IMG/VR virus record: IMGVR_UViG_3300030098_003235
Span: 1-51,201 of that record
Direction: 5' to 3' (one strand)
Source of the DNA: a virus
Taxonomy: Duplodnaviria; Caudoviricetes
Length of the DNA: 51,201 bases
Position 1 is the stretch's first letter. Each line of letters begins with the position of its first letter. This document shows, piece after piece, positions 25,700 through 33,178 of the stretch. The notes under the pieces are model-generated. The model was not told the DNA's origin. It did not search any database and saw only the letters and a list, made by a program, of their open reading frames with translations. The position numbers and the translations under genes are program-made.

Positions 25700-26065
25700 T
25701 TAGTATTTAACTTTACGAATACCGCCACCACGAGCATAACCTTTATTCATCATGCCCATAGGTGAACCCATAGTATTATTCATAGGGAAGTTCATTTTAT
25801 CACTCATTGTCATACCTCCCATGTTATACTTCTTAGCCTTTTCAGGGTCTATCTTTTCCTGTACGCTTTCTGGTAACTTGGAAAAACCTTTTAATTTAGG
25901 AGGTACTTTTCCTCCTCTTCTCATTTTTTTAGCAGTCTTGTCTGCGTCTTTAAAATTCTGTGCGCTTGGTGCGCCTTTTGCTCCCGGCTTACGCATTTTT
26001 TCTCCTGATCCTGCAGCTATACGTTTGCGTTTTTGTTGAATGTTATGATAAAGCCCTTTTTTCAT
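25700..26065 (-). CDS. Small basic phage protein with xxGG motifs
   Basis: GLYHNI..KRKRI..GSGEKMRKPG.KGAP motif. Confidence 0.75.
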   Translation of the reverse strand: MKKGLYHNIQQKRKRIAAGSGEKMRKPGAKGAPSAQNFKDADKTAKKMRRGGKVPPKLKGFSKLPESVQEKIDPEKAKKYNMGGMTMSDKMNFPMNNTMGSPMGMMNKGYARGGGIRKVKY

Positions 26066-26080
26066 CTCTAGTATCTTTCT

Positions 26081-26461
26081 TTACTTTGTGTATTTTGCTG
26101 TTTTCTTAGCTATTCTTTTTGGCTGCTTCACGAACTGCTTTCCTGCAGCAGTCCCTTTTCTCTTTGCTCTGGTGGTCGCTGCATATTCCTTTGAAGATAA
26201 TGCCTTGATTGCTTTCTCTGGAAGATACCGTTCTCCTGTCTTGCTGCTTGGTTTGCCTGACTTGGTTCTCCATTTTTGTTTACTCCATTTAGAAAGTTTA
26301 TTACTTGCTTTTTTCTTTCCTGAGTAAGTACCACCAGCATCTTTATAGTATTTAACTGCTAGTTGCATAGCTCTTGCTGAGTGTTTACCACCCATCTTAC
26401 GTTTTGCTCTGGCTTTAGCAGCAGCCCATTTCTTTGGGTCACGCTTTGTAGCTATTGCCAT
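26081..26461 (-). CDS. Highly basic phage protein (DUF5872-like)
   Basis: SARAMQLA..YK..GG.Y, KW.KQKWRTKSGKPS...ERYLP motifs. Confidence 0.75.
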   Translation of the reverse strand: MAIATKRDPKKWAAAKARAKRKMGGKHSARAMQLAVKYYKDAGGTYSGKKKASNKLSKWSKQKWRTKSGKPSSKTGERYLPEKAIKALSSKEYAATTRAKRKGTAAGKQFVKQPKRIAKKTAKYTK

Positions 26462-26496
26462 TATTTTTCTACTTTCTTCATTGCCTTCTTAGGCAT
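26461..26496 (-). CDS. 11-aa micro-ORF MPKKAMKKVEK
   Basis: TAATG overlaps with both neighbours. Confidence 0.4.
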   Translation of the reverse strand: MPKKAMKKVEK

Positions 26497-26900
26497 TAGC
26501 ACTTCCACCTTTTTCTTGCTTGTCTTAATCTGCTATTTGGGTCTTTTGCAGCCTTGGGAAACTTTTTCATTTGCCCTGCTGATCTAGCGCAATAAGACTT
26601 ACGCCTTTTTGCAGCTTTACTTCCCTTCTTTACATCTCCAGTTACGGCTGTTTTTAACTTGGAACCGGGGTTTGCCCTTCTATAAGCTTTAACTCCTGCT
26701 TCTGTCATACCTGCGCCCTTTTCAGTAGGGCGATAATTCTTTTTATTACGTGGGGGCATGTTGTCTGGTTTACGTACACCGCCCCCTTTTGCGTAGCTTT
26801 TCTTACTTATTGCTGCTACACGCTTAGACTGCTGCTTATGCATATTTGAAGCTTTGATAAGCTGTTTAGATATCTCTTGTAATTCTTCTTTTGCTGGCAT
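26496..26900 (-). CDS. Basic phage protein (DUF6321-like)
   Basis: GMT..GV.AYRR.NPGSKLKTAVT...RRKSYCARS.G...DPNSR...AR.RWKC. Confidence 0.75.
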   Translation of the reverse strand: MPAKEELQEISKQLIKASNMHKQQSKRVAAISKKSYAKGGGVRKPDNMPPRNKKNYRPTEKGAGMTEAGVKAYRRANPGSKLKTAVTGDVKKGSKAAKRRKSYCARSAGQMKKFPKAAKDPNSRLRQARKRWKC

Positions 26901-27106
26901 TACGTAGCCCCATATCCTGTGTATCTGTCACATTTACAGGATGTACACTTACAATCCCTTATCTCTGACTCATATTCAAAAATTTCCTTATACTCACAAG
27001 AGCCACTTTCACAATGACAGTCGTGACCACAATCGGCACATTTACCTTTATCTACACTATTGTAATTATTTACGTAGAAAGCAGAAAATGGCCCTTGGGG
27101 AATCAT
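26900..27106 (-). CDS. Small Cys-rich, putative metal-binding protein
   Basis: CADCGHDCHC...C...CKCTSCKC; first gene after the late promoter. Confidence 0.65.
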   Translation of the reverse strand: MIPQGPFSAFYVNNYNSVDKGKCADCGHDCHCESGSCEYKEIFEYESEIRDCKCTSCKCDRYTGYGAT

Positions 27107-27231
27107 ATTTATCTCTTATATGTGGGAAATGTTATGTAAAATATAGTTTATAAGTTAGTAATCTCTTTTTCCTGTGGATTTTTATGTATTATTTGGTCAG
27201 GTGTAGATACAACTATAAACTATATGTACCT

Positions 27232-27260
27232 ATTATACATATATAAATAGGATTTGTCAA
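27232..27260 (-). promoter_or_regulatory. Consensus sigma70 promoter for the late arm
   Basis: TTGACA-17 nt-TATAAT. Confidence 0.85.
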
Positions 27261-27300
27261 GTAAAAAATAAAAAAAAATTAAAAATAGTGCATTTTTTAC

Positions 27301-27329
27301 TTGACAAATGCGATATTTTTGTGTATAAT
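27301..27329 (+). promoter_or_regulatory. Consensus sigma70 promoter, divergent from the late promoter
   Basis: TTGACA-17 nt-TATAAT with A-rich upstream tract. Confidence 0.85.
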
Positions 27330-27380
27330 AAGAGTAACTCTGCCACAGGAATAAATATATACTCCACCAACCCCATAACA

Positions 27381-27424
27381 ATACGCAAGAGATAATATAT
27401 ATAACCATACGCAAGAGATAATAT
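27381..27424 (+). repeat. Two 18-bp direct repeats (period 26)
   Basis: atacgcaagagataatat at 27381 and 27407. Confidence 0.9.
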
Positions 27425-27611
27425 GGCAAAAAAAATAAAAAAAATAAAAATTCGTAACCCCTTTTACAAAGAATTAGCTCAATTAGGGCATAAGGTATTG
27501 AAAAATAAGAAGAAATACAGTAGAAAGGGTAAAAATACAAAAAATATGTCGGGATTGCATACAAGTGTATACCCTCCCCCCCAGTGGCCCTCTACCCCCT
27601 ACTTGGGGTAG
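27423..27611 (+). CDS. Small basic protein, ArfA-like pattern
   Basis: RNPFYKEL....HKVLKNKKKYSRKGK; has its own promoter and terminator. Confidence 0.55.
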   Translation: MAKKIKKIKIRNPFYKELAQLGHKVLKNKKKYSRKGKNTKNMSGLHTSVYPPPQWPSTPYLG

Positions 27612-27625
27612 AAATCTTTTTTTTT
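27591..27625 (+). terminator. Intrinsic terminator
   Basis: tctacccc-ctactt-ggggtaga followed by aatc and a T9 run. Confidence 0.6.
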
Positions 27626-27824
27626 ATTTATGGGCGACAACCCCATTAATGGCCCTTAAAGGCACCGCCAGCAATCAACTTATTTATTTTGGTACTAAAC
27701 CCCATAAAATAATAAGTCGGCTATCCTAGAGGCTTCTAAGCCCCCTTAAATTATATAAGGGTGGTGGCCGGTTTACTTTTTTTTAAGGGCAGTGGGAGGG
27801 CGGCGGCGTAACTTATCAGCCCAC

Positions 27825-27849
27825 AAAAAAAACTGGGGAAGATCCAGTT
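27825..27849 (-). terminator. Intrinsic terminator (secondary)
   Basis: A-tract followed by aactgg/ccagtt hairpin. Confidence 0.45.
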
Positions 27850-27891
27850 AATCAATCTTTTCAGCAACTTATTTATTAATTAATCAGGCAC

Positions 27892-27933
27892 AAAAAAAAC
27901 CCCTGCCAATTAAGCAGGGGCTAATTTTTTTTT
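27892..27933. terminator. Terminator ending the early block, possibly bidirectional
   Basis: A8-cccctgc-caattaa-gcagggg then a T-run. Confidence 0.8.
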
Positions 27934-27947
27934 GTTTATCTGGGGTT

Positions 27948-28274
27948 TTATTTTTTTAGGTAATAGTCAACGCTGGGTGCTTCGGTGTAGCCCGGTTCAT
28001 CTCCCCACTGCCGTAGACCCTCCACCTCATCTAAAACCGCCTGAAAAAACTCAGGAATACCAGTACTACTCATAGCAATCTCACCATAACCAAGAACCCA
28101 GCCCGATGTTACAAGCTTATTAAACCTTTTAAGTATTTCATTTACTTCTAAGCGAGTATAAGTGTCATTCACACTACCTTCCTCTAATACTTGACCATCC
28201 CAGATCAAGAGAGCCACTTGTTTAGGAGTTTTTTTGATTGTTACTTGTTTTTGAATGTGTTTTTGAATGTTCAT
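27948..28274 (-). CDS. Early hypothetical protein
   Basis: Likely start MNIQK at 28274 with AAAGGA RBS. Confidence 0.6.
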   Translation of the reverse strand: MNIQKHIQKQVTIKKTPKQVALLIWDGQVLEEGSVNDTYTRLEVNEILKRFNKLVTSGWVLGYGEIAMSSTGIPEFFQAVLDEVEGLRQWGDEPGYTEAPSVDYYLKK

Positions 28275-28310
28275 GTTCTGTTCCTTTCGGTTAAGTTTGG
28301 TTACGAGTGT

Positions 28311-28339
28311 TTTATACCCCATAAATTTTTTTTGTACAA
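28311..28339 (-). promoter_or_regulatory. Putative sigma70 promoter
   Basis: TTGTAC-17 nt-TATAAA just downstream of a terminator-like hairpin. Confidence 0.45.
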
Positions 28340-28340
28340 T

Positions 28341-28373
28341 AAAAAAAACCCCACCCATTTTCAGGGCAGGGTT
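28341..28373 (-). terminator. Putative intrinsic terminator
   Basis: A8 followed by an imperfect GC hairpin. Confidence 0.5.
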
Positions 28374-28397
28374 AGTTGGGGAATAACCAAACTCCAG

Positions 28398-28628
28398 TTA
28401 GGCGTATGTCAGAACCGCCCCTTCCACGCTATCCGTTTTAATATCTGTATTATTAAATTTATATTGTCTAGACAATATGTAGACATTTACCCCATCGTAA
28501 CAACTGGTTCTTTTAGCAAAAGACAAAAGAGTATTAACTTGATCTTCACATTTACAACCAATTTCTTTATCGACTTTTTCACCTATTAAATGAACCAGAT
28601 AATTATTTTCATTTTTCATTTTTAACAC
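28398..28628 (-). CDS. Early hypothetical protein
   Basis: 76-aa ORF co-oriented with its neighbours. Confidence 0.5.
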   Translation of the reverse strand: MLKMKNENNYLVHLIGEKVDKEIGCKCEDQVNTLLSFAKRTSCYDGVNVYILSRQYKFNNTDIKTDSVEGAVLTYA

Positions 28629-28716
28629 CTATTTTTTTAAGTTAAAAAAATTACGATTAAAACTAGCCCGACTATCGTTATTACAGCTAGTTTATAAATT
28701 GTACTAATTAATTCTT

Positions 28717-29817
28717 CTATTGTACTACCCTTTCAGTTGATTGATTAAAAAATGGTTGCTGCATAATAATAAGCGCCACATCATTACTACGCTCGACTTG
28801 TGCGCCTAACTCATAAGTACGGTTTAAAACAGGACTGGTGGTAGCATTATCAAGGTTACGTCCTGTAGTATGTTCTACAGTTTTAATTTCACCCTTTTTG
28901 TTTTCTACGTCCACAGTGTAGGTTTCATGGGTATGTGTGGCATAGTGAGTAAGCACGTTATACAACGCCCATAAATTCATACCCTGCTTATTTTTGTACT
29001 GGTTCCATAATGTAACAAGAACTGCAAACAATTTTAGGTTTAATTTCAGTTCCGGTTTAATGTTGGCAATTTTTGCCGCACGTTGTTCGGCAGCAGATAA
29101 TGGATAAGAAGCTATCTTTTCCTTAAGAAATAAATGAGCCGTCTCGTCATCTATTGCGTAACTTTTCCATGCGTTAAATTTGTCTATATGGTTTGTATAC
29201 GTTTCTAAAACAGTGTTAGCAGTGCGCAACAGAGCGGCGCTATTAAAATGACGAGTATGTTTGTTTTTTGTATAAAAAGCCCTATCACCGCCGAAAACCA
29301 TTGAATTTTCACAAAAAGAATTATAAGCACCAGCAAAAGCTTGAAAGGCCCAACTCATATTAATTGAGTTGATGACATCTGAGCGGCAATAGACTGTGTT
29401 GTCTCCTATTTCGCGCCCAGTGTCTAAATATTTGATTGAACGCCTAGCCTTTAAACCGCCATTTACAATCTCGTCTGTTACTTCCACATTGTCGTGTGGA
29501 AGGTCACTGTCTAATATAATCTGTGCGTGTTTGGTATAAAGGTCTTCATGATTTTCTAATGTATAAGTATCAGTTACACACTTATCGCTCATTAATTCGC
29601 CGGTTTTTTCATTGACTAATGCACGAGCCTTTGGGACGGTATGAGGAAAATTATTGTATACCCTAACCCCAACTTTTTTTGCCCTAAATTGTTCAAAAAA
29701 AGATACGTCATTTATATTATTATGCACATATCTGGTTTCTAATTTTAAGGGTTTCGGAGCAGTAATTGGTTTAGAAGCTTTAATTAATGCTTGGTCTAGT
29801 GTAAGTATTTCATTCAT
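28717..29817 (-). CDS. DUF932-like early protein
   Basis: NS.NMSWAFQAFAGAYNSFCENSMV, KHT, NLWALYNVLTHYATH motifs. Confidence 0.7.
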   Translation of the reverse strand: MNEILTLDQALIKASKPITAPKPLKLETRYVHNNINDVSFFEQFRAKKVGVRVYNNFPHTVPKARALVNEKTGELMSDKCVTDTYTLENHEDLYTKHAQIILDSDLPHDNVEVTDEIVNGGLKARRSIKYLDTGREIGDNTVYCRSDVINSINMSWAFQAFAGAYNSFCENSMVFGGDRAFYTKNKHTRHFNSAALLRTANTVLETYTNHIDKFNAWKSYAIDDETAHLFLKEKIASYPLSAAEQRAAKIANIKPELKLNLKLFAVLVTLWNQYKNKQGMNLWALYNVLTHYATHTHETYTVDVENKKGEIKTVEHTTGRNLDNATTSPVLNRTYELGAQVERSNDVALIIMQQPFFNQSTERVVQ

Positions 29818-29887
29818 AATTTTATGCCTATTTTGTAGTTAAAAATAACACCGGATAAAATCCGATAATATTTTTATACATTACTTT

Positions 29888-30586
29888 TTATTTTATATCT
29901 ACAAAAAAGTTTTGAGCCTCTAAACTTTTTTTACCCTTGATTTTTAGGCCAATGATTATATTTTTTTTATCTAGAAATCTTAAATCGTGATTGTCACCAC
30001 CCACAACTTTGTATCCCTTATAAGTTTTAGGTAATTTATTTTTAAATACCATAGCGACTCTTGAACAAGGGCTGACATTTTTTAAATCAGAAACACCTGA
30101 CAATTTTTCTTTACATTTATTCCAATTAAAACCATCATACGAATATGTGATATCCCAATTTGCAAGCGGTTTACGTTTAAAGTTTTTTGTATAGTCATAA
30201 AATTGCAGATTGGGAAACTTAGGGGCTATACGTTGGGCTAGTCCTAAATCGCTAGTGCCATCTAATCTATAAACAGGTATATATCCTTTTTTTTGTGCTT
30301 TTTTTGAGGTGCTTTCTATTTCCTGCATTAAATCACTAATAAACTTTTTCTTATTTAAAAAATATCTTCTAGTTTTTTGTATACGAGCATTTTGCACCGA
30401 GTGCATTTTACCACGCCCTGCATTATATAAGCAAACTTTAAAACACTCATCATTTCGCCAGTGACAAACTTCATGACCTGATGTATTACCAGCGGCAAGA
30501 TATAGAACATGAGTAATGTACCCAAACTTTTCGCCTTTTACAGTTTTCGCGTCATTAGATACAGATAACAATTGTTGATTGTGCAT
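29888..30586 (-). CDS. Gp88-like protein (Cys cluster, possible Fe-S)
   Basis: LYLA...VC....C..CLY.AGRG, RLDGTSD, FYDYTK, GD.HDLRFLD. Confidence 0.7.
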   Translation of the reverse strand: MHNQQLLSVSNDAKTVKGEKFGYITHVLYLAAGNTSGHEVCHWRNDECFKVCLYNAGRGKMHSVQNARIQKTRRYFLNKKKFISDLMQEIESTSKKAQKKGYIPVYRLDGTSDLGLAQRIAPKFPNLQFYDYTKNFKRKPLANWDITYSYDGFNWNKCKEKLSGVSDLKNVSPCSRVAMVFKNKLPKTYKGYKVVGGDNHDLRFLDKKNIIIGLKIKGKKSLEAQNFFVDIK

Positions 30587-30599
30587 TTTATTTTGCCTG

Positions 30600-30944
30600 T
30601 TAAATATTCATGTGATATACATTATCAACATTGATACATTGTATAGTTTCAATATTAACATTTCTATATCCTTTTGCCTTAACATCATAAACCACAAGAT
30701 ATTTATGAGGCATTTCTACAGTATCGTCATGATATTTGGAAACGGTTTTGTCCCAACGTTTTATATATTTGGTAACACCCAAGCGACCATTAAGTTTACG
30801 TAACTCCCCTTTATTGGTATAGAAATGAACCGTAAAAAATCGATTGCCCACAATACTTGCAATGACTCTTTTTTCTACAGAATAATCCGGTTGCCGCTTT
30901 CTGAATATTTTTAGCTCTGAGTCCATTTTGTCACCCTTTTTCAA
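30600..30944 (-). CDS. SH3/Sm-like beta-barrel early protein
   Basis: FFTVHF..K.GELRKLNGRLGV...VVYDV...YRNVN pattern; start may be ATG 30926. Confidence 0.6.
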   Translation of the reverse strand: MKKGDKMDSELKIFRKRQPDYSVEKRVIASIVGNRFFTVHFYTNKGELRKLNGRLGVTKYIKRWDKTVSKYHDDTVEMPHKYLVVYDVKAKGYRNVNIETIQCINVDNVYHMNI

Positions 30945-30969
30945 CTATATTTTTTCACGATAAAAAAAC

Positions 30970-30997
30970 ATTATCACGAAATAAATATATTAGTCAA
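30970..30997 (-). promoter_or_regulatory. Putative sigma70 promoter
   Basis: TTGACT-16 nt-GATAAT with A-rich upstream tract. Confidence 0.45.
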
Positions 30998-31111
30998 GTA
31001 ATTTTTTTTTGTTTTTAGATGAATAAACTATTGAGTTTGAAATGCCAGCCGCAAAACTGGTACGGCGGCTGTAACCCATAGCCCTAAGAAACCAGTACCA
31101 CACTAAAAAGT

Positions 31112-31172
31112 CCGACATTCTTAGGCCGACATTTTTAGGCCGACATTATTTACAGGGTAAAGGGCCGACATT
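31112..31172. repeat. Four CCGACATT direct repeats (iteron-like)
   Basis: Copies at 31112, 31126, 31140 (period 14) and 31165. Confidence 0.9.
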
Positions 31173-31174
31173 TT

Positions 31175-31327
31175 TTACTCACCTAATTCTCCGCTTTTCC
31201 ATTTTTCCATAGTAAGTGTAGTAGCTTCAACAAGTGCTTTTTCTAGTGGCATACCACTATCGACTAGTTCATCGACAATTTGATTATATGTATTTTCTAA
31301 TATGATTTCGTTATGTGAGACAGACAT
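31175..31327 (-). CDS. 50-aa hypothetical protein
   Basis: MSVSHNEIILENTYNQIVDELVDSGMPLEKALVEATTLTMEKWKSGELGE; manual translation. Confidence 0.6.
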   Translation of the reverse strand: MSVSHNEIILENTYNQIVDELVDSGMPLEKALVEATTLTMEKWKSGELGE

Positions 31328-31328
31328 A

Positions 31329-31490
31329 TTAACTCTCTAATATAACCTTTAATGTAACGATAGATAACCCAAACAATGCTAGTAAAACAATTTTAACTGT
31401 TTTAGAAATAGTTTTTGGAAACGACGTATAAACAAGCATACATATTACAAACATTAACAAATTGTTAACTATATAACCGACATTACTCAT
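31329..31490 (-). CDS. 53-aa two-TM membrane protein
   Basis: MSNVGYIVNNLLMFVICMLVYTSFPKTISKTVKIVLLALFGLSIVTLKVILES; manual translation. Confidence 0.5.
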   Translation of the reverse strand: MSNVGYIVNNLLMFVICMLVYTSFPKTISKTVKIVLLALFGLSIVTLKVILES

Positions 31491-31584
31491 GATTTATTAC
31501 CACGTTGCTAAATAACATAAACTTAAAAAAAATGAACATAATAAAAAAAGCGTTAAAATTATATATGCTTCCACAAGACATTGC

Positions 31585-31836
31585 TCACTTAATAAGCCAC
31601 TCATGCTTATAAGAGGTTGTATCGCATGACGGACAAGTAGCCAAGGCCCATGAAAAGTTATATACTATCTCAGGCGCATTACAATTAGGACAGTATATAA
31701 CTTTACCAGATTTACCTGCCCTTGTATAACGATTGACATTTTTTAGTCCTTTGACAAAATCATCATCAATCTTGACATTGTAAAACCCCATAATGTCAAG
31801 TACCCACTCAAAAAAGTCTTTAGGTAGTTCTTTCAT
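31585..31836 (-). CDS. Zn-ribbon protein
   Basis: CPNC...CPSC; AGGAG RBS. Confidence 0.7.
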   Translation of the reverse strand: MKELPKDFFEWVLDIMGFYNVKIDDDFVKGLKNVNRYTRAGKSGKVIYCPNCNAPEIVYNFSWALATCPSCDTTSYKHEWLIK

Positions 31837-31849
31837 AATCTTCTCCTAT

Positions 31850-32053
31850 TTATCCATATAGAATATCATCACCTTCGTATATTCTAGTTATTACCCATCT
31901 ACCATTATCGGCAAGATGGGGAAACCTTTTAGAGTCACGATATTTAATTATACCTAACTCTACATCAGTCATCCAAGTCCACTGAAGAGTTTTACCATCA
32001 TAAGCTCTTTTGCTGTACTCGACAATTCTTTTTTTTCTAGGTTTATTTTTCAT
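31850..32053 (-). CDS. Hypothetical protein
   Basis: 67-aa ORF in the early block. Confidence 0.55.
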   Translation of the reverse strand: MKNKPRKKRIVEYSKRAYDGKTLQWTWMTDVELGIIKYRDSKRFPHLADNGRWVITRIYEGDDILYG

Positions 32054-32099
32054 GTTTTTTCTCTGCTTTACAAAAATAAACGACAGCTACCCGATTTCT

Positions 32100-32173
32100 T
32101 CACGCCACCCTATTTAAAGGAGTAGTCGGGAGCCACTCACGCCACCCTATTTAAAGGAATGGTCGGGAGCCGC
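32100..32173. repeat. Tandem 37-bp duplication in a GC-rich intergenic element
   Basis: tcacgccaccctatttaaagga(g/a)t(a/g)gtcgggagcc(a/g)c x2, 3 mismatches. Confidence 0.92.
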
Positions 32174-32183
32174 TGCCAAGGCT

Positions 32184-32459
32184 TTAATCAAGTTTACACC
32201 CTTCCATTAACCTGTCTCTAACCCATAGAAAATCATATCCTAAATCATCAGAATAGGGTTTGTCCTCAAACATACTAGGATACAAATAAAACTTGTTATC
32301 TTTTTGAATAATATGTTCCCATTCACCAGACTTTGTGTCAAGATAAGTAAAACCACTTTCTTGGAGTTCAATACAGTCTGCTTTAATCCAATATTGACGA
32401 ACAGTAAGTTCTTCTTCAGAAGATAATAATTCATCTCGTAATTGAATATATAAACTCAT
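32184..32459 (-). CDS. Hypothetical protein
   Basis: 91 aa; GAGGA RBS. Confidence 0.6.
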   Translation of the reverse strand: MSLYIQLRDELLSSEEELTVRQYWIKADCIELQESGFTYLDTKSGEWEHIIQKDNKFYLYPSMFEDKPYSDDLGYDFLWVRDRLMEGCKLD

Positions 32460-32462
32460 TGG

Positions 32463-32867
32463 TCAGTCCTCTTTTCTCCAGTAACTTGTCCCATCTCCAG
32501 TATAAACTTCGGCATGAGATAATATTGGGTGAGGCTCTACGTCTGCTCCTGCTAATCGAACAGCAGCCAGATAAGCTGCTAAACCATTACAGGGTTTTCC
32601 TGTCCCATCATCCTCATCCATGTTTGGTAAAGAACCGCAGTGTCCGTAATCCAACATAAAATCCAATAGTATTTTGAAATTTACATCAAAATCTTTCTTT
32701 GAAAGTAAAGTTACCTTCTCTTTATTATAAAATTTAATTGTGTCTGTCACAACATCTTCTGCTGTACTGATTATACTAGCGCAATCTGGGTTTAATTTTT
32801 CGGCTTTGTAATACAAAGTAGTTAACTCTTCTAAAATTTCTTTCAATTCTTCTATTTTTCTTTTCAT
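32463..32867 (-). CDS. Hypothetical protein
   Basis: Likely start MKRKIEEL at 32867 with TAAGGAG RBS. Confidence 0.6.
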   Translation of the reverse strand: MKRKIEELKEILEELTTLYYKAEKLNPDCASIISTAEDVVTDTIKFYNKEKVTLLSKKDFDVNFKILLDFMLDYGHCGSLPNMDEDDGTGKPCNGLAAYLAAVRLAGADVEPHPILSHAEVYTGDGTSYWRKED

Positions 32868-32877
32868 TGTCAACTCC

Positions 32878-33171
32878 TTAATCTTTAACATCACCTGTTT
32901 CAGTATTATAATATACAAGTTGTACACCTAGTTTCTTTTGTAAATCAGATGTAGACCTATTAATCATTGTATTAGGTTGCTTTGCAGTTTGCGATCTAAA
33001 TGACATGGTTTTAACATCTATAAATCTTACCTCACCAGTGTTAGGATTTACAATAACAATATCAATAGGGCCTGTTCCCATTGTCTCATTATACACATAC
33101 CAACCTTGTTGAGTATAATGTTTCATTACAGAAATTTTAGATAGTAAACCTTTTTGATGTGTGTTTTCCAT
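32878..33171 (-). CDS. PD-(D/E)XK nuclease-fold protein (Hjc/resolvase-like)
   Basis: KG..S...GW.V...GPIDIV...FIDVKT. Confidence 0.65.
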   Translation of the reverse strand: MENTHQKGLLSKISVMKHYTQQGWYVYNETMGTGPIDIVIVNPNTGEVRFIDVKTMSFRSQTAKQPNTMINRSTSDLQKKLGVQLVYYNTETGDVKD

Positions 33172-33178
33172 AATAAAC

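Noticed and set aside
27220-27564. 114-aa hydrophobic minus-strand ORF
   Set aside because: Arises from T-rich sequence, spans both promoters and is antisense to the basic peptide gene
31487-31584. Small hydrophobic ORF in this gap
   Set aside because: Two competing short frames and no clear RBS; cannot choose between them
32100-32173. 37-bp repeat as a mini CRISPR array
   Set aside because: Only two directly adjacent copies, no spacer, no cas operon; the Cas4-like gene is a normal phage replication exonuclease
30945-32183. tRNA or attP site in the early intergenic regions
   Set aside because: No cloverleaf or T-loop GTTCRA context seen, and no integrase
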